From contig JAYQQG010000006.1 in NCBI GenBank assembly GCA_038145765.1, positions 1-54,792 of the forward strand: a stretch of DNA of 54,792 nucleotides, given 5' to 3'. A program made the translations under genes and the position numbers. Source of the DNA: Verrucomicrobiales bacterium (lineage in GTDB: Bacteria; Verrucomicrobiota; Verrucomicrobiia; Limisphaerales; UBA1100). The stretch's first letter is position 1. Every line of letters begins with the position of its first letter. Shown in pieces: positions 36,453-45,662 of this stretch. The notes under the pieces were generated by a model. The model had not been told where the DNA came from, did not search any database, and saw nothing but the letters and a program-made list of their open reading frames with translations.

Positions 36453-39022
36453 GGCTGGCGGAGGATCGGGCTGGCGCAAAAGGCGCGGAGCAAATCGCCG
36501 ACCCGATAGCCGGTAGGTTTGCACTGGTCAAGAACCCGCTCGATCTCTGCCCGTTCGGAAAAGCGAACGGGTGTCCCAGTGGCGTAGAGGGTAAATTGAT
36601 GCAACAGGTTGCGGGCCAGTAAACGGGGTTTCTTGGCAAGGATGGCCTTGAGCGCATGGATGTCAGTAAAGGCCTCGCCGGTGAGCAGTTGACCGGCGGG
36701 ATCCACTTCCCGGCGCACGTGGTAGGTGAAGGGGTGGCCGGCGGGATCGTAGCCGGTGATTTGTTCGCCGGCATTCTGGGTCCGATACCGATCGCGCCAG
36801 GCGCCCATCACGTCAAAATTTTCCAGCGCGAATCCAATGGGATCAAATCGGGCGTGGCAGGTCGCACAGGCCTTATCCTCCGTATGCTTGGCCAATTGCT
36901 CGCGAATGGTGGTGGCCCCGCGAATATCCGGTTCCACGGCCGGGATTGACTTGGGCGGCGGCGGCGGCGGATCGCCCAGGATCTTTTCCATCACCCAAAC
37001 GCCACGCAGCACGGGAGATGTAGTGGTGCCATTGGATGTGTGCTTGAGAATGGAAGCATGAGTGAGCAGTCCGCCGCGGGGGTTCCAGTCGGGCAGGGTC
37101 ACCTTGCGGAGTTGGGAGCCGCGAACGCGGGGCAGGTCGTAATGCGCGGCGAGCCGATCGTTGACGAAGGCAAATTTGGAATCGGCAATCGTGGCGATGG
37201 GATGATTTTCGGTGATGAGCGTTTTGACGAACAGGCGTGTCTCTTTTTCCATGGAATCGACGAGGTAATCATCCTTGCGATATTCGGGGTAGAGCCGGTT
37301 GTCGGGTTCGTCACGCCGCAAGTCCGCCAAGTCGAGCCATTGCTCCACAAAGCCCTCAATGAACCGATCGAATCGCGGATCCGCCAGCATGCGGGCATGT
37401 TCCTGTTCGAACGTCTTGCGGTTGTTGAGTGCGTTGGTTTTGGCGAGTGAGGCTAGTCGATCATCGGGACTGGAGTTCCACAGGAAATGAGTCAGCCGAT
37501 TGGCGTAGGCGAGCGAGGGCTCATCCGGTTGGCGGCTCAGGAACAGGAAATGGTTGGAGCACAGGAATGCTTGATATCCTTTAAGCATGGCATCGGCGAA
37601 AGGCATGCCGGCCGCGAGGTCCTTGCGAATCAGGGTCAGGAAGCCGGTGTAATCCTCTTCCGTCAAGGGTAGATGTGCGGCAGCATCGGCGAAGCGGCGG
37701 AACAGGCGTTCGGCATCTTTGAGCGGTTCCTTGCTCTCGACACTGATGGGGAGTCGGCTAATCGGCAGAGGCGCTTTAAGCGGCAGTTGACCGAACAGGA
37801 ACTCGTGCGATGGCGGGGGCCAAGTGGGCGGGTTCAGCGGCCCCTCGACATCGAGCCATTCGATGACCCCGCCACGATGACCGTCTTTAGGCATGGGGGG
37901 GAAATCGTAGTAAAACCCCTTGTCTGTCCGGATGAACGGCACTGGCAGGCCGAGGAAGCTGTACTCGAACGTTTCGCCTTTCTTGAGAAAAATCGTGGTC
38001 TCAAATTGCTTGCTCACCGGCTGGAGATCCATCCAACCACCGGTTTCGCGGACATCGCCGGAAACATCCGGGCCTGATGGCTGACGCGCGCGAAAGCTCA
38101 TAGGCAGCGGATCATGCGCCGGCACCAGCCTCAGATCGCGCACCTGCCGCACCGCACGACCCGCGAAGCGCACCCGATAGGTGCCGGTTTTGTTGGCCCG
38201 GAAATTTCGCGGATAACCAAAGTATGGCCAGGTGGCCGAACGAAACACGGCGACGTGCAGCTTGGGATCAGTCAACGCTTCGGGCTTCATTTCCTTCAGG
38301 TCGTTCCCGTTGATGACCACCATTTTATTGTCGCGAACAAAAAACATGGCCTCGCGTCCTCCAAAAGTGGTGAGCCCGGTAAACAGATTGATTCCGCGCG
38401 CCTTGAACTTTTGAGGAACCGGCGGCGTGACCGAAGGTGCCATCGCATCCATCAGTGCCTCTTCACTGGCGTTGAGAAAAGCATTTAGATGAACCCGCGA
38501 TAAATCGAGCAGGCCGACAACCCTGGTGTAGCCATGCGCCCGCCGGTCTTCGGGCAACTTGCCTTTCACATCCAACGTCGGCATCTTGAGTAGGTCGCGG
38601 AGGTTATCCTGAAACTCATCGCGGGTCAGCCGGCGCGCCGGTCCGCGGCCATGTTTGGCGATGGCTGCCCGGTCCGCCCCGCGCAAGACGTCCCCCAGCA
38701 ACTTCAACGCACGATCCCGGTCTGCAGCCTGAATGCGATGCGCTTTGCCTTCCGGCGGCATTTCCTTTTTATCCACTCGATCAAACAAGCGCACCCACGT
38801 CGAAAGCGTTTTGCCCTTGCTCAAGTCCCGTGAAAGATCCGCCAAATTAAAATCCGCCTTGGCCGATTCGGTACCGTGACAATCCATACAATGTTGATCG
38901 AGTAACGTTTCAACGGGTGCCGGGAAGGTTTTTTGAGCGATCAGCCCATGGCTGGTGAAAAGGAATAATGACCAACAAACCAAGCCAAGCTTGCCAAGAA
39001 CGATGTTGGTTTGCCGTCGCAT
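36449..39022 (-). CDS. DUF1592/DUF1588 Planctomycete-type cytochrome c domain protein
   Basis: CMDCH...MPP, RRLT..E, FLWNS.PD, RGGLL, SPVLRGVW, CATCH..FDP.GFALENFD. Confidence 0.92.
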   Translation of the reverse strand: MRRQTNIVLGKLGLVCWSLFLFTSHGLIAQKTFPAPVETLLDQHCMDCHGTESAKADFNLADLSRDLSKGKTLSTWVRLFDRVDKKEMPPEGKAHRIQAADRDRALKLLGDVLRGADRAAIAKHGRGPARRLTRDEFQDNLRDLLKMPTLDVKGKLPEDRRAHGYTRVVGLLDLSRVHLNAFLNASEEALMDAMAPSVTPPVPQKFKARGINLFTGLTTFGGREAMFFVRDNKMVVINGNDLKEMKPEALTDPKLHVAVFRSATWPYFGYPRNFRANKTGTYRVRFAGRAVRQVRDLRLVPAHDPLPMSFRARQPSGPDVSGDVRETGGWMDLQPVSKQFETTIFLKKGETFEYSFLGLPVPFIRTDKGFYYDFPPMPKDGHRGGVIEWLDVEGPLNPPTWPPPSHEFLFGQLPLKAPLPISRLPISVESKEPLKDAERLFRRFADAAAHLPLTEEDYTGFLTLIRKDLAAGMPFADAMLKGYQAFLCSNHFLFLSRQPDEPSLAYANRLTHFLWNSSPDDRLASLAKTNALNNRKTFEQEHARMLADPRFDRFIEGFVEQWLDLADLRRDEPDNRLYPEYRKDDYLVDSMEKETRLFVKTLITENHPIATIADSKFAFVNDRLAAHYDLPRVRGSQLRKVTLPDWNPRGGLLTHASILKHTSNGTTTSPVLRGVWVMEKILGDPPPPPPKSIPAVEPDIRGATTIREQLAKHTEDKACATCHARFDPIGFALENFDVMGAWRDRYRTQNAGEQITGYDPAGHPFTYHVRREVDPAGQLLTGEAFTDIHALKAILAKKPRLLARNLLHQFTLYATGTPVRFSERAEIERVLDQCKPTGYRVGDLLRAFCASPILRQP

Positions 39023-39040
39023 GGCGAACAGAATCCGGGG

Positions 39041-40165
39041 CTAAAACAAAATCACCTGCCGCGCCACCTCACCTTTATGAAGTCGATCGAAACCGGTATT
39101 GATGTCTTCCAGTTGAATCGTGTCAGTGAGCAATCGGTCAACCGGCAGCTGGCCGGCGTGATACATGTCGATGAAGCGCGGGATGTCGCGCGTGGGGACG
39201 CAGCTGCCTTGGTAAGAGCCCTTCACCGTTTTCTCCATGGCGCTGAGAGTGACGGCCGGGATGCTGAATTGATGATCCGGATGCGGCAGGCCGATGGCGA
39301 CGGTCGTGCCGCCGCGCAGGGTGGATTCGTAGGCCTGCGCCATCACGGTGGCGTTGCCCACGCTTTCGATGGCAATTTCTACGCCCCCATGTGAAAGATC
39401 CTGAATGACTTCCACAGGGTTGTTTTCCGCGGCGTTAACCGTGTGCGTGGCGCCGAGGTCGCGGGCCATCTCGAGTTTTGAATCCAATAAATCCACCGCA
39501 ATGATTTGGCCGGCGTTGCAGGCTTTGGCCCCAATCAAGGCTGCCAGTCCGACTCCGCCCAGCCCGAATACAGCCACGCTTTGGCCGGGGCGGATGTTGG
39601 CCGTATTCATGGCGGCGCCGGTGCCGGTGGTTACGGCGCAACCGAACAGTGTGGCCAGTTCAAACGGCAGAGTGGAATCGATCTTCATCAGAGAGCCGGG
39701 CAGGGCGATGGTGTATTGCGAATAGCCGCTGACGCCGCAGTGGTGGAAATAAGACTGACCGTTTCGACTGAAGCGTTGGGCGCCGTTCATTAACACACCG
39801 GCGTTGTTGGCCTCGGCGCCGTTCTCGCACAGGGAGGGTTTGCCCACGGTGCAGTACCGGCAATGGCCGCAGCTGGGAATGAAAGTAAAAATCACGTGAT
39901 CATCCGCCTTCAGGCCGCGCACGCCCGGACCCACTTCACGGACGATGCCGCTGGCTTCGTGCCCCAGTACCATCGGCATCTGGCGCGGGCGTGAACCATT
40001 GATGACGGAAAGATCCGAATGACACAGGCCGGCCCCTTTCACCTCCACCAACACCTCTCCCTCGCCGGGACCTTCGAGATCGAGTTCCTCAATAACCATC
40101 GGCTGGGAGTCGGCATACGGCATTGGACGTTCCATCTCGTGCAAGACGGCAGCGGTGGTTTTCAT
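39041..40165 (-). CDS. Zinc-dependent alcohol dehydrogenase (class III-like)
   Basis: CHSD, GHE, C.xx.C.xx.C.x7.C structural Zn site, GCAV.TG, GLGGVG; start at ATG 40165. Confidence 0.93.
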   Translation of the reverse strand: MKTTAAVLHEMERPMPYADSQPMVIEELDLEGPGEGEVLVEVKGAGLCHSDLSVINGSRPRQMPMVLGHEASGIVREVGPGVRGLKADDHVIFTFIPSCGHCRYCTVGKPSLCENGAEANNAGVLMNGAQRFSRNGQSYFHHCGVSGYSQYTIALPGSLMKIDSTLPFELATLFGCAVTTGTGAAMNTANIRPGQSVAVFGLGGVGLAALIGAKACNAGQIIAVDLLDSKLEMARDLGATHTVNAAENNPVEVIQDLSHGGVEIAIESVGNATVMAQAYESTLRGGTTVAIGLPHPDHQFSIPAVTLSAMEKTVKGSYQGSCVPTRDIPRFIDMYHAGQLPVDRLLTDTIQLEDINTGFDRLHKGEVARQVILF

Positions 40166-40232
40166 GTGCCGGAGCATTGGCTAATCGCTGCCGGATTGCA
40201 ATCATGCAGCAAATGAGGAAGGATTCTCAAAC

Positions 40233-41126
40233 ATGCCGAAGAGCAAGTTGAAATGTGCTTTTACTTTGGTGGAGCTACTGGTCGTGGTTGCGATCATCGG
40301 CATTCTAGCGGGTATTCTTTTGCCCACATTGGCGAAAGCCAAAGTGAAGGCCAACCGGATGAAATGTGGTAGCAACCTGAAGCAGGTGCACATGGCGTTT
40401 ACTTTATTTGCGGGGGAATATGAGGGCCGATTGCCTTGGACCTTGACGCATCGGCAAGGCGAACAGCTTTGGCAGAGCCTGTATGGCACTCAACACACGG
40501 GGGCACATCATTTGTGGGATGTGCAGTTCCTTTTCCTGCCGGCACCGATTCGAGAAGAACTGGGCACGGCGCGTTTGTTGGCTTCGCCGGTGGATCCGGA
40601 AACGCATCCTTGGATGGACAAGGAAATTCAGCACGGCAAATGGAACGGGTTTGGGCATGCTTTCGATGGGGTGCATGTCCATATGGATTATCGCTCGCTG
40701 AGCTATGCCTTGCATTTGGGGAGCGACATGCAGCGGCCGGAAACTTTGTTGGCGGTGACTCGAAATATTTCCGGTGATCCAAGTTATGAGTTTGATTATC
40801 CATCAGGTCCGTCTACGCCCTCATACAAAGATTATCTGGGGATGTCGTTGCGCACGGCGAACGTTGGGCAGGCTAGTCAGGCGTTTGTGGGGAACAACGA
40901 GATGGATCCGGTGCGTTTGCAAAATTACGCCATGGCGGGGCTAGGCACGAGTGCAGGACAGTGGGTACGGGCAGGCGGTAGCATGAAGCTGGGCGGTGAT
41001 GCGGAATTCGCGTCCACTGTGCGGGCGCACGGGGTCGCAACTGGGGGGGTATTCAAAGGGGTGAATGAAAATCTGACACGCCCGACACAGGAAATTATCC
41101 CGCCCAATATTCTCTGGATCCGTTAA
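40233..41126 (+). CDS. Prepilin-type N-terminal methylation domain protein (PVC pilin-like)
   Basis: AFTLVELLVVVAIIGILAGILLP.LAKAK..A....C.SNLKQ. Confidence 0.9.
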   Translation: MPKSKLKCAFTLVELLVVVAIIGILAGILLPTLAKAKVKANRMKCGSNLKQVHMAFTLFAGEYEGRLPWTLTHRQGEQLWQSLYGTQHTGAHHLWDVQFLFLPAPIREELGTARLLASPVDPETHPWMDKEIQHGKWNGFGHAFDGVHVHMDYRSLSYALHLGSDMQRPETLLAVTRNISGDPSYEFDYPSGPSTPSYKDYLGMSLRTANVGQASQAFVGNNEMDPVRLQNYAMAGLGTSAGQWVRAGGSMKLGGDAEFASTVRAHGVATGGVFKGVNENLTRPTQEIIPPNILWIR

Positions 41127-42005
41127 TTATTTCACCAGTCCAGTCCGATCCAGCCAGCCTTCCACCAACTTGGGCCATTTGGAAACGGGGTCGGTAGAAG
41201 GGCGCAAGCCATAGCCGTGGCCGCCGTGGGGGAAGATGTGTAGTTCGGAATGCACGCCGACGCGGCGCATGGCCAGCCACATTTGCACGCTGCTGTCCGC
41301 CGTCACACGATCATCGCCCGCGTGAATGAAAATAGCCGGCGGCGTGTCCTTGTCCACCGGCACCTCGGGCACGAGCTTGGTTTTCGTTTCAGAATCCACC
41401 AGATAAGCGGGGTAAACGAGCACGCCGAAATCCGGGCGGCAACTGGCCTGATCGGCGGCGTCCACGGTGGGATAGGTACGCTTACGGTAGTTGGTCATGG
41501 CAGTGGCGGTAAGATGGCCGCCGGCGGAAAAGCCGAGGATGCCGATCCGTTCGGGATGGATACCCCAAGCCTTGGCGTGATGCCGGGTAAGCCCCAGAGC
41601 CCGTTGAGCGTCCTGCAGGGGGGCGGCATGTTTTTCGCGATCCTTCCGGCGGGGCACACGGTATTTCAACACAACGGCCGTGACGCCTATGCCATTGAGC
41701 CATTCGGCCACTTCCGTGCCTTCCAAATCCCAAGCGAGAATACTGTAACCGCCGCCGGGGCAAATCACCACGGCCGTGCCGTTAGGTTTTTTGGCTTTGT
41801 ACACGGACAAGGTGGGGGTGCTGACGTTGCCGATACGAATAACCTGTTTTTGGCCGGGCCGGGCCGGTTGCTCGGCTTCGGCGGGGAGATCATACGATTC
41901 CCCAGGCGCTTTACTGGGCCAGAGATTCAGGGTTTTCCAAGCTTCAATGCCGTGAACGGGCATCTGGATCCAAGTCAAAATAGCCGGCAAAATCAGCAAA
42001 CGCAT
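41127..42005 (-). CDS. Exported alpha/beta hydrolase (carboxylesterase)
   Basis: CPGGGY, LKYRVP, GFSAGG, DD.V, GGHGYG; start at ATG 42005. Confidence 0.9.
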   Translation of the reverse strand: MRLLILPAILTWIQMPVHGIEAWKTLNLWPSKAPGESYDLPAEAEQPARPGQKQVIRIGNVSTPTLSVYKAKKPNGTAVVICPGGGYSILAWDLEGTEVAEWLNGIGVTAVVLKYRVPRRKDREKHAAPLQDAQRALGLTRHHAKAWGIHPERIGILGFSAGGHLTATAMTNYRKRTYPTVDAADQASCRPDFGVLVYPAYLVDSETKTKLVPEVPVDKDTPPAIFIHAGDDRVTADSSVQMWLAMRRVGVHSELHIFPHGGHGYGLRPSTDPVSKWPKLVEGWLDRTGLVK

Positions 42006-42085
42006 GGCGTGAGTGTGCGCAATCTGTTGTTTAGGGCAAGGCGAAATGAATTGAGGCACGCGCTTATTCCAAGCACACTCCGCGC

Positions 42086-43114
42086 ATGACACGTTTTGGC
42101 ATTATCGGCCTCTCGCATGATCATGTGTGGGATGTCCTTCCGGAACTGCAGGAAAACGAACAGGCGGAATTGGTAGCCGTCACCAGTCTGCAGCGTCCGC
42201 TGCTCGACCGTGCCGCCAAGGAATTCAGCGTCAATGTGTACACGGATTCGCAGGAGATGGCCGCCTCCGAGAAATTGGATGCGGTGTTAATCTACGGCAA
42301 CAACCGGGCCGGGGCCGAAGAAGGCATCAAGGCGCTCGAGCGCGGCTGGCATGTGTTGATCGAGAAACCGCTTGCGGCTGATCTCGAGGGAGCCGATCAA
42401 TTGCTTCAAGCCGCCGATACCTCCGGCAAACGCCTGATGGTGAACTGGCCCATTGCCTGGTGGCCGCAAGTGCAACAGGCTCTGGCCCTCGCGCAATCCG
42501 GCGAGATCGGTGAGGTTTGGCAGGTGCGCTATCGGGCCGCCCACCAAGGCCCCAAGGAAATGGGGGCCAGCGAACATTTCTGTGATTGGCTGTATGACCC
42601 CAATCGCAATGGCGGCGGGGCATTGCTCGATTACTGCTGCTACGGCGCGGTATTGGCACGAGTCTTGTTGGGGCGCCCACATCGGGTTACGGCGGTGGCC
42701 GGACAGTTGCTGAAAACGGATTTGGATGCCGAGGATAATGCCGTGCTCTTGATGCAGTATCCCAGGGCGATCTGTATCGCGGAAGCCAGTTGGACGCAGA
42801 TCGACAAGATGACCAACTATCGCACCATTATTTACGGCAGCGAAGGGACGTTGCTGGCCGAACCCGAAAAGGGTCGTTTGCTGAGGGCTACTCAGGAACA
42901 GCCGGAAGGTTGCGAGATCGAAGTACCCGAGTTGCCCAACCATTTGCGAAGCCCGATTGCGCATTTTCTGCATGGCATTGAAACGGATGGAGCGTTTCAT
43001 CCTTTATGTCGCGCCGGTCATTGCCGGGATGCTCAGGAAATTCTTTCGGCCGGCGCTGTGTCGGCGGTGGAAGGAAATGGCGTGGAATTGCCGCAACTCG
43101 AGGGGATGGACTAA
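42086..43114 (+). CDS. Gfo/Idh/MocA-family oxidoreductase
   Basis: N-terminal Rossmann fold, EKP motif, GGGALLDY.CY. Confidence 0.92.
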   Translation: MTRFGIIGLSHDHVWDVLPELQENEQAELVAVTSLQRPLLDRAAKEFSVNVYTDSQEMAASEKLDAVLIYGNNRAGAEEGIKALERGWHVLIEKPLAADLEGADQLLQAADTSGKRLMVNWPIAWWPQVQQALALAQSGEIGEVWQVRYRAAHQGPKEMGASEHFCDWLYDPNRNGGGALLDYCCYGAVLARVLLGRPHRVTAVAGQLLKTDLDAEDNAVLLMQYPRAICIAEASWTQIDKMTNYRTIIYGSEGTLLAEPEKGRLLRATQEQPEGCEIEVPELPNHLRSPIAHFLHGIETDGAFHPLCRAGHCRDAQEILSAGAVSAVEGNGVELPQLEGMD

Positions 43115-44106
43115 TGCAGGCGGCGTACATTGAAGAAACGGGTGAGCCTGAGCAGATCCGGATTGGAATATTGCCGGATCCGTCGCCGGGTGCCGGCGAA
43201 GTCTTGATTCAGGTTAAAGCCGCTTCGGTAAATCCGATTGATACTTATATCCGGGGCGGTTTGGTAGCCATGGAGTTGCCCATGCCGTTCGTGATCGGCA
43301 GCGATTTGGCCGGCGAAGTTTTGGCGTTGGGTGAAGGCGTGACAGGCTGGTCCGTGGGAGATCAGGTATGGGCGAGTAATCAAGGTTTGTTGGGGCGACA
43401 AGGCACAACCTCCGAGCAGGCCTGTGTGGCGGCAGATTATTTGCACCCGATTCCGGAAGGCGTGAGCGAAGAGGAGGCAGCAGCCGTGGCGTTGGTGGGG
43501 ATTACCGCACACATCGGACTGGTGCATCGGGCTAAGGTTCAGGCGGGCGAAACCGTGCTGGTCAACGGCGGTGCCGGCGGCGTGGGATCGATGGTGGTAC
43601 AAATTGGCAAGGCACTGGGGGCGCGGGTGATTGCCACAGCGGGCAGTGACGAGCGCGTGGCCAAGGCCAGTGAATTCGGCGCGGATGAAGTGATCCAATA
43701 TCGCGATGAGGACGTGGCCGCCCGCGTGCTTGAGCTGGCGCCTGAAGGAGTCAATGTGTTGTGGGAAACGCGGCGCGAGGCGGATTTCGAATGGGCGGTG
43801 CCATTACTGGCCAAGCGCGGCCGGATGGTGGTGATGGCCGGGCGCGGGGCGCGGCCAGTGTTTCCAGTAGGGCCATTTTACGTGAAGGATTGTGAATTGC
43901 ACGGCTTTGCGATGTTCAATTATTCCGCAGCCGAACAGCAGCAGTGCGGGGCGGATCTCAATCGATGGCTGGCCGAAGGAAAATTGCGCGCCAACATTGA
44001 TCGTGTGCTGCCTTTGAGCGAGGCTGCAGCAGCACACCAGTTGCAGGAAGAAAACACCATCCACGGGGCCGGAACCTTGGCCGGGAAAATCATTTTAAAA
44101 CCCTAA
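43114..44106 (+). CDS. NADPH:quinone reductase (zeta-crystallin/MDR family)
   Basis: SVNPIDTY.R.G, GSDLAG, GGAGGVG, GKIIL; TAATG overlap. Confidence 0.92.
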   Translation: MQAAYIEETGEPEQIRIGILPDPSPGAGEVLIQVKAASVNPIDTYIRGGLVAMELPMPFVIGSDLAGEVLALGEGVTGWSVGDQVWASNQGLLGRQGTTSEQACVAADYLHPIPEGVSEEEAAAVALVGITAHIGLVHRAKVQAGETVLVNGGAGGVGSMVVQIGKALGARVIATAGSDERVAKASEFGADEVIQYRDEDVAARVLELAPEGVNVLWETRREADFEWAVPLLAKRGRMVVMAGRGARPVFPVGPFYVKDCELHGFAMFNYSAAEQQQCGADLNRWLAEGKLRANIDRVLPLSEAAAAHQLQEENTIHGAGTLAGKIILKP

Positions 44107-44109
44107 TCC

Positions 44110-45660
44110 ATGAAACCATTTCAATTGTTGTGGGTACTGCTTTGCGGAGTGGTGCCAGGGCAGGCGGCTGACTTTAGATTGGACCCCGTCGAGGGCGGCA
44201 AGCCGCGAAACATCATTTTCATCCTGACCGATGATCATCGGTTTGATGCGATGGGTTTCATGGGGCATCCGTTCCTGGAGACACCGCACCTCGATGCCAT
44301 GGCCAAGGGTGGGGCGCATTTCCCCAATGCGTTTGTGACCACCTCGCTCTGTTCGCCAAGCCGCGCCAGTATTCTTACCGGCAAATATGCGCACAATCAT
44401 GGCGTAGTCGATAATTACAATCCACTGCCCAAGGGGCTCGTGTTTTTCCCTCAATACCTGCAGGCCAACGGCTACAATACCGCATTCATTGGTAAATGGC
44501 ACATGGGCGGCAATATCGACCATCGTCAGCCGGGATTTGATCATTGGGTCAGCTTTAAGGGGCAGGGGACGTATTGGGTGGATGGCCGCGGCACGAGTCG
44601 TAAAGTGCCGCAAAACAGTTACGATGGGTTTAACGTCAACGGCAAGCGGGTGGAGCAAAAGGGCTACATCACCGACGAGTTGACCGATTACTCGCTGGAT
44701 TGGTTAAAGAACCGCAAGGATAAGCGGCCGTTTTTTTTGATGATTTCCCACAAGGCGGTCCATGCGGATTTTGTAGCGGCCGATCGGCATCTGGGTCGAT
44801 ACAAGGAGAAACGCATGCCGTTGCCCAAGACCTTCGCCAATACTGAAGCTAATTATGCCGATAAACCGATGTGGCTGAAGAACCAGCGGAATAGCCGGCA
44901 TGGCGTGGATTTTGCCTATAACCTGCCTGACTTTGACCTGAATAATTATTACCTCCGTTACTGTGAAACCTTGTTGGCGGTGGATGATCACATGGGCTCC
45001 GTGATGGGGCATCTCAAACAAATCGGCGAACTCGAGCGCACGTTGGTAGTGTACATGGGGGACAACGGGTTTCAGTTCGGTGAACATGGCCTGATCGATA
45101 AACGGACGGCGTACGAACATTCCATGCGCGTGCCATTGTTAATGCATTGTCCGGAGGTAATTCGGGCAGGCAGTACGGTGAAAAAAGTCGTCGCCAACAT
45201 AGATCTCGGACCGACCCTCATCGAGGCGGCGGGCTTGCAGCCCCCGAATGAACAGTTTGATGGCAGCAGTTTTTGGCCGATCGCCTTGGGTAAGAAGGTG
45301 CCGTGGCGGGATTATGTGTTGTACGAATATTTTTGGGAACGCAATTACCCCCACACCCCCACCATTCATGCCGTGCGCGGGGAACGCTATAAATACATCC
45401 GCTACCACGGTTTGTGGGATGTAAATGAACTGTATGATTTGCAGCAGGACCCGGATGAAACAAAGAATCTAATCATCAGCAAAGCACACGCTCCGGTGGT
45501 GGAGCGATTGAATCAGCGCTTGTTTGAACTGCTTAGGGAATCCGGTGGACTAAACTTGCGTCTGGCTCCGGACCGCGGGCCTACTTTTCCATTGCGCCAT
45601 CCGGAGCGTTCCCGCCCGGCGGATTTTCCCAAAGAATATTATGGGACCAAAGAGAAGTAG
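44110..45660 (+). CDS. Formylglycine-dependent sulfatase (S1 family)
   Basis: Signal peptide, ILTDD, CSPSRASILTG, GKWH, GDNG...GEHG..DKR, ELYDL..DP.E..N. Confidence 0.95.
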   Translation: MKPFQLLWVLLCGVVPGQAADFRLDPVEGGKPRNIIFILTDDHRFDAMGFMGHPFLETPHLDAMAKGGAHFPNAFVTTSLCSPSRASILTGKYAHNHGVVDNYNPLPKGLVFFPQYLQANGYNTAFIGKWHMGGNIDHRQPGFDHWVSFKGQGTYWVDGRGTSRKVPQNSYDGFNVNGKRVEQKGYITDELTDYSLDWLKNRKDKRPFFLMISHKAVHADFVAADRHLGRYKEKRMPLPKTFANTEANYADKPMWLKNQRNSRHGVDFAYNLPDFDLNNYYLRYCETLLAVDDHMGSVMGHLKQIGELERTLVVYMGDNGFQFGEHGLIDKRTAYEHSMRVPLLMHCPEVIRAGSTVKKVVANIDLGPTLIEAAGLQPPNEQFDGSSFWPIALGKKVPWRDYVLYEYFWERNYPHTPTIHAVRGERYKYIRYHGLWDVNELYDLQQDPDETKNLIISKAHAPVVERLNQRLFELLRESGGLNLRLAPDRGPTFPLRHPERSRPADFPKEYYGTKEK

Positions 45661-45662
45661 CC

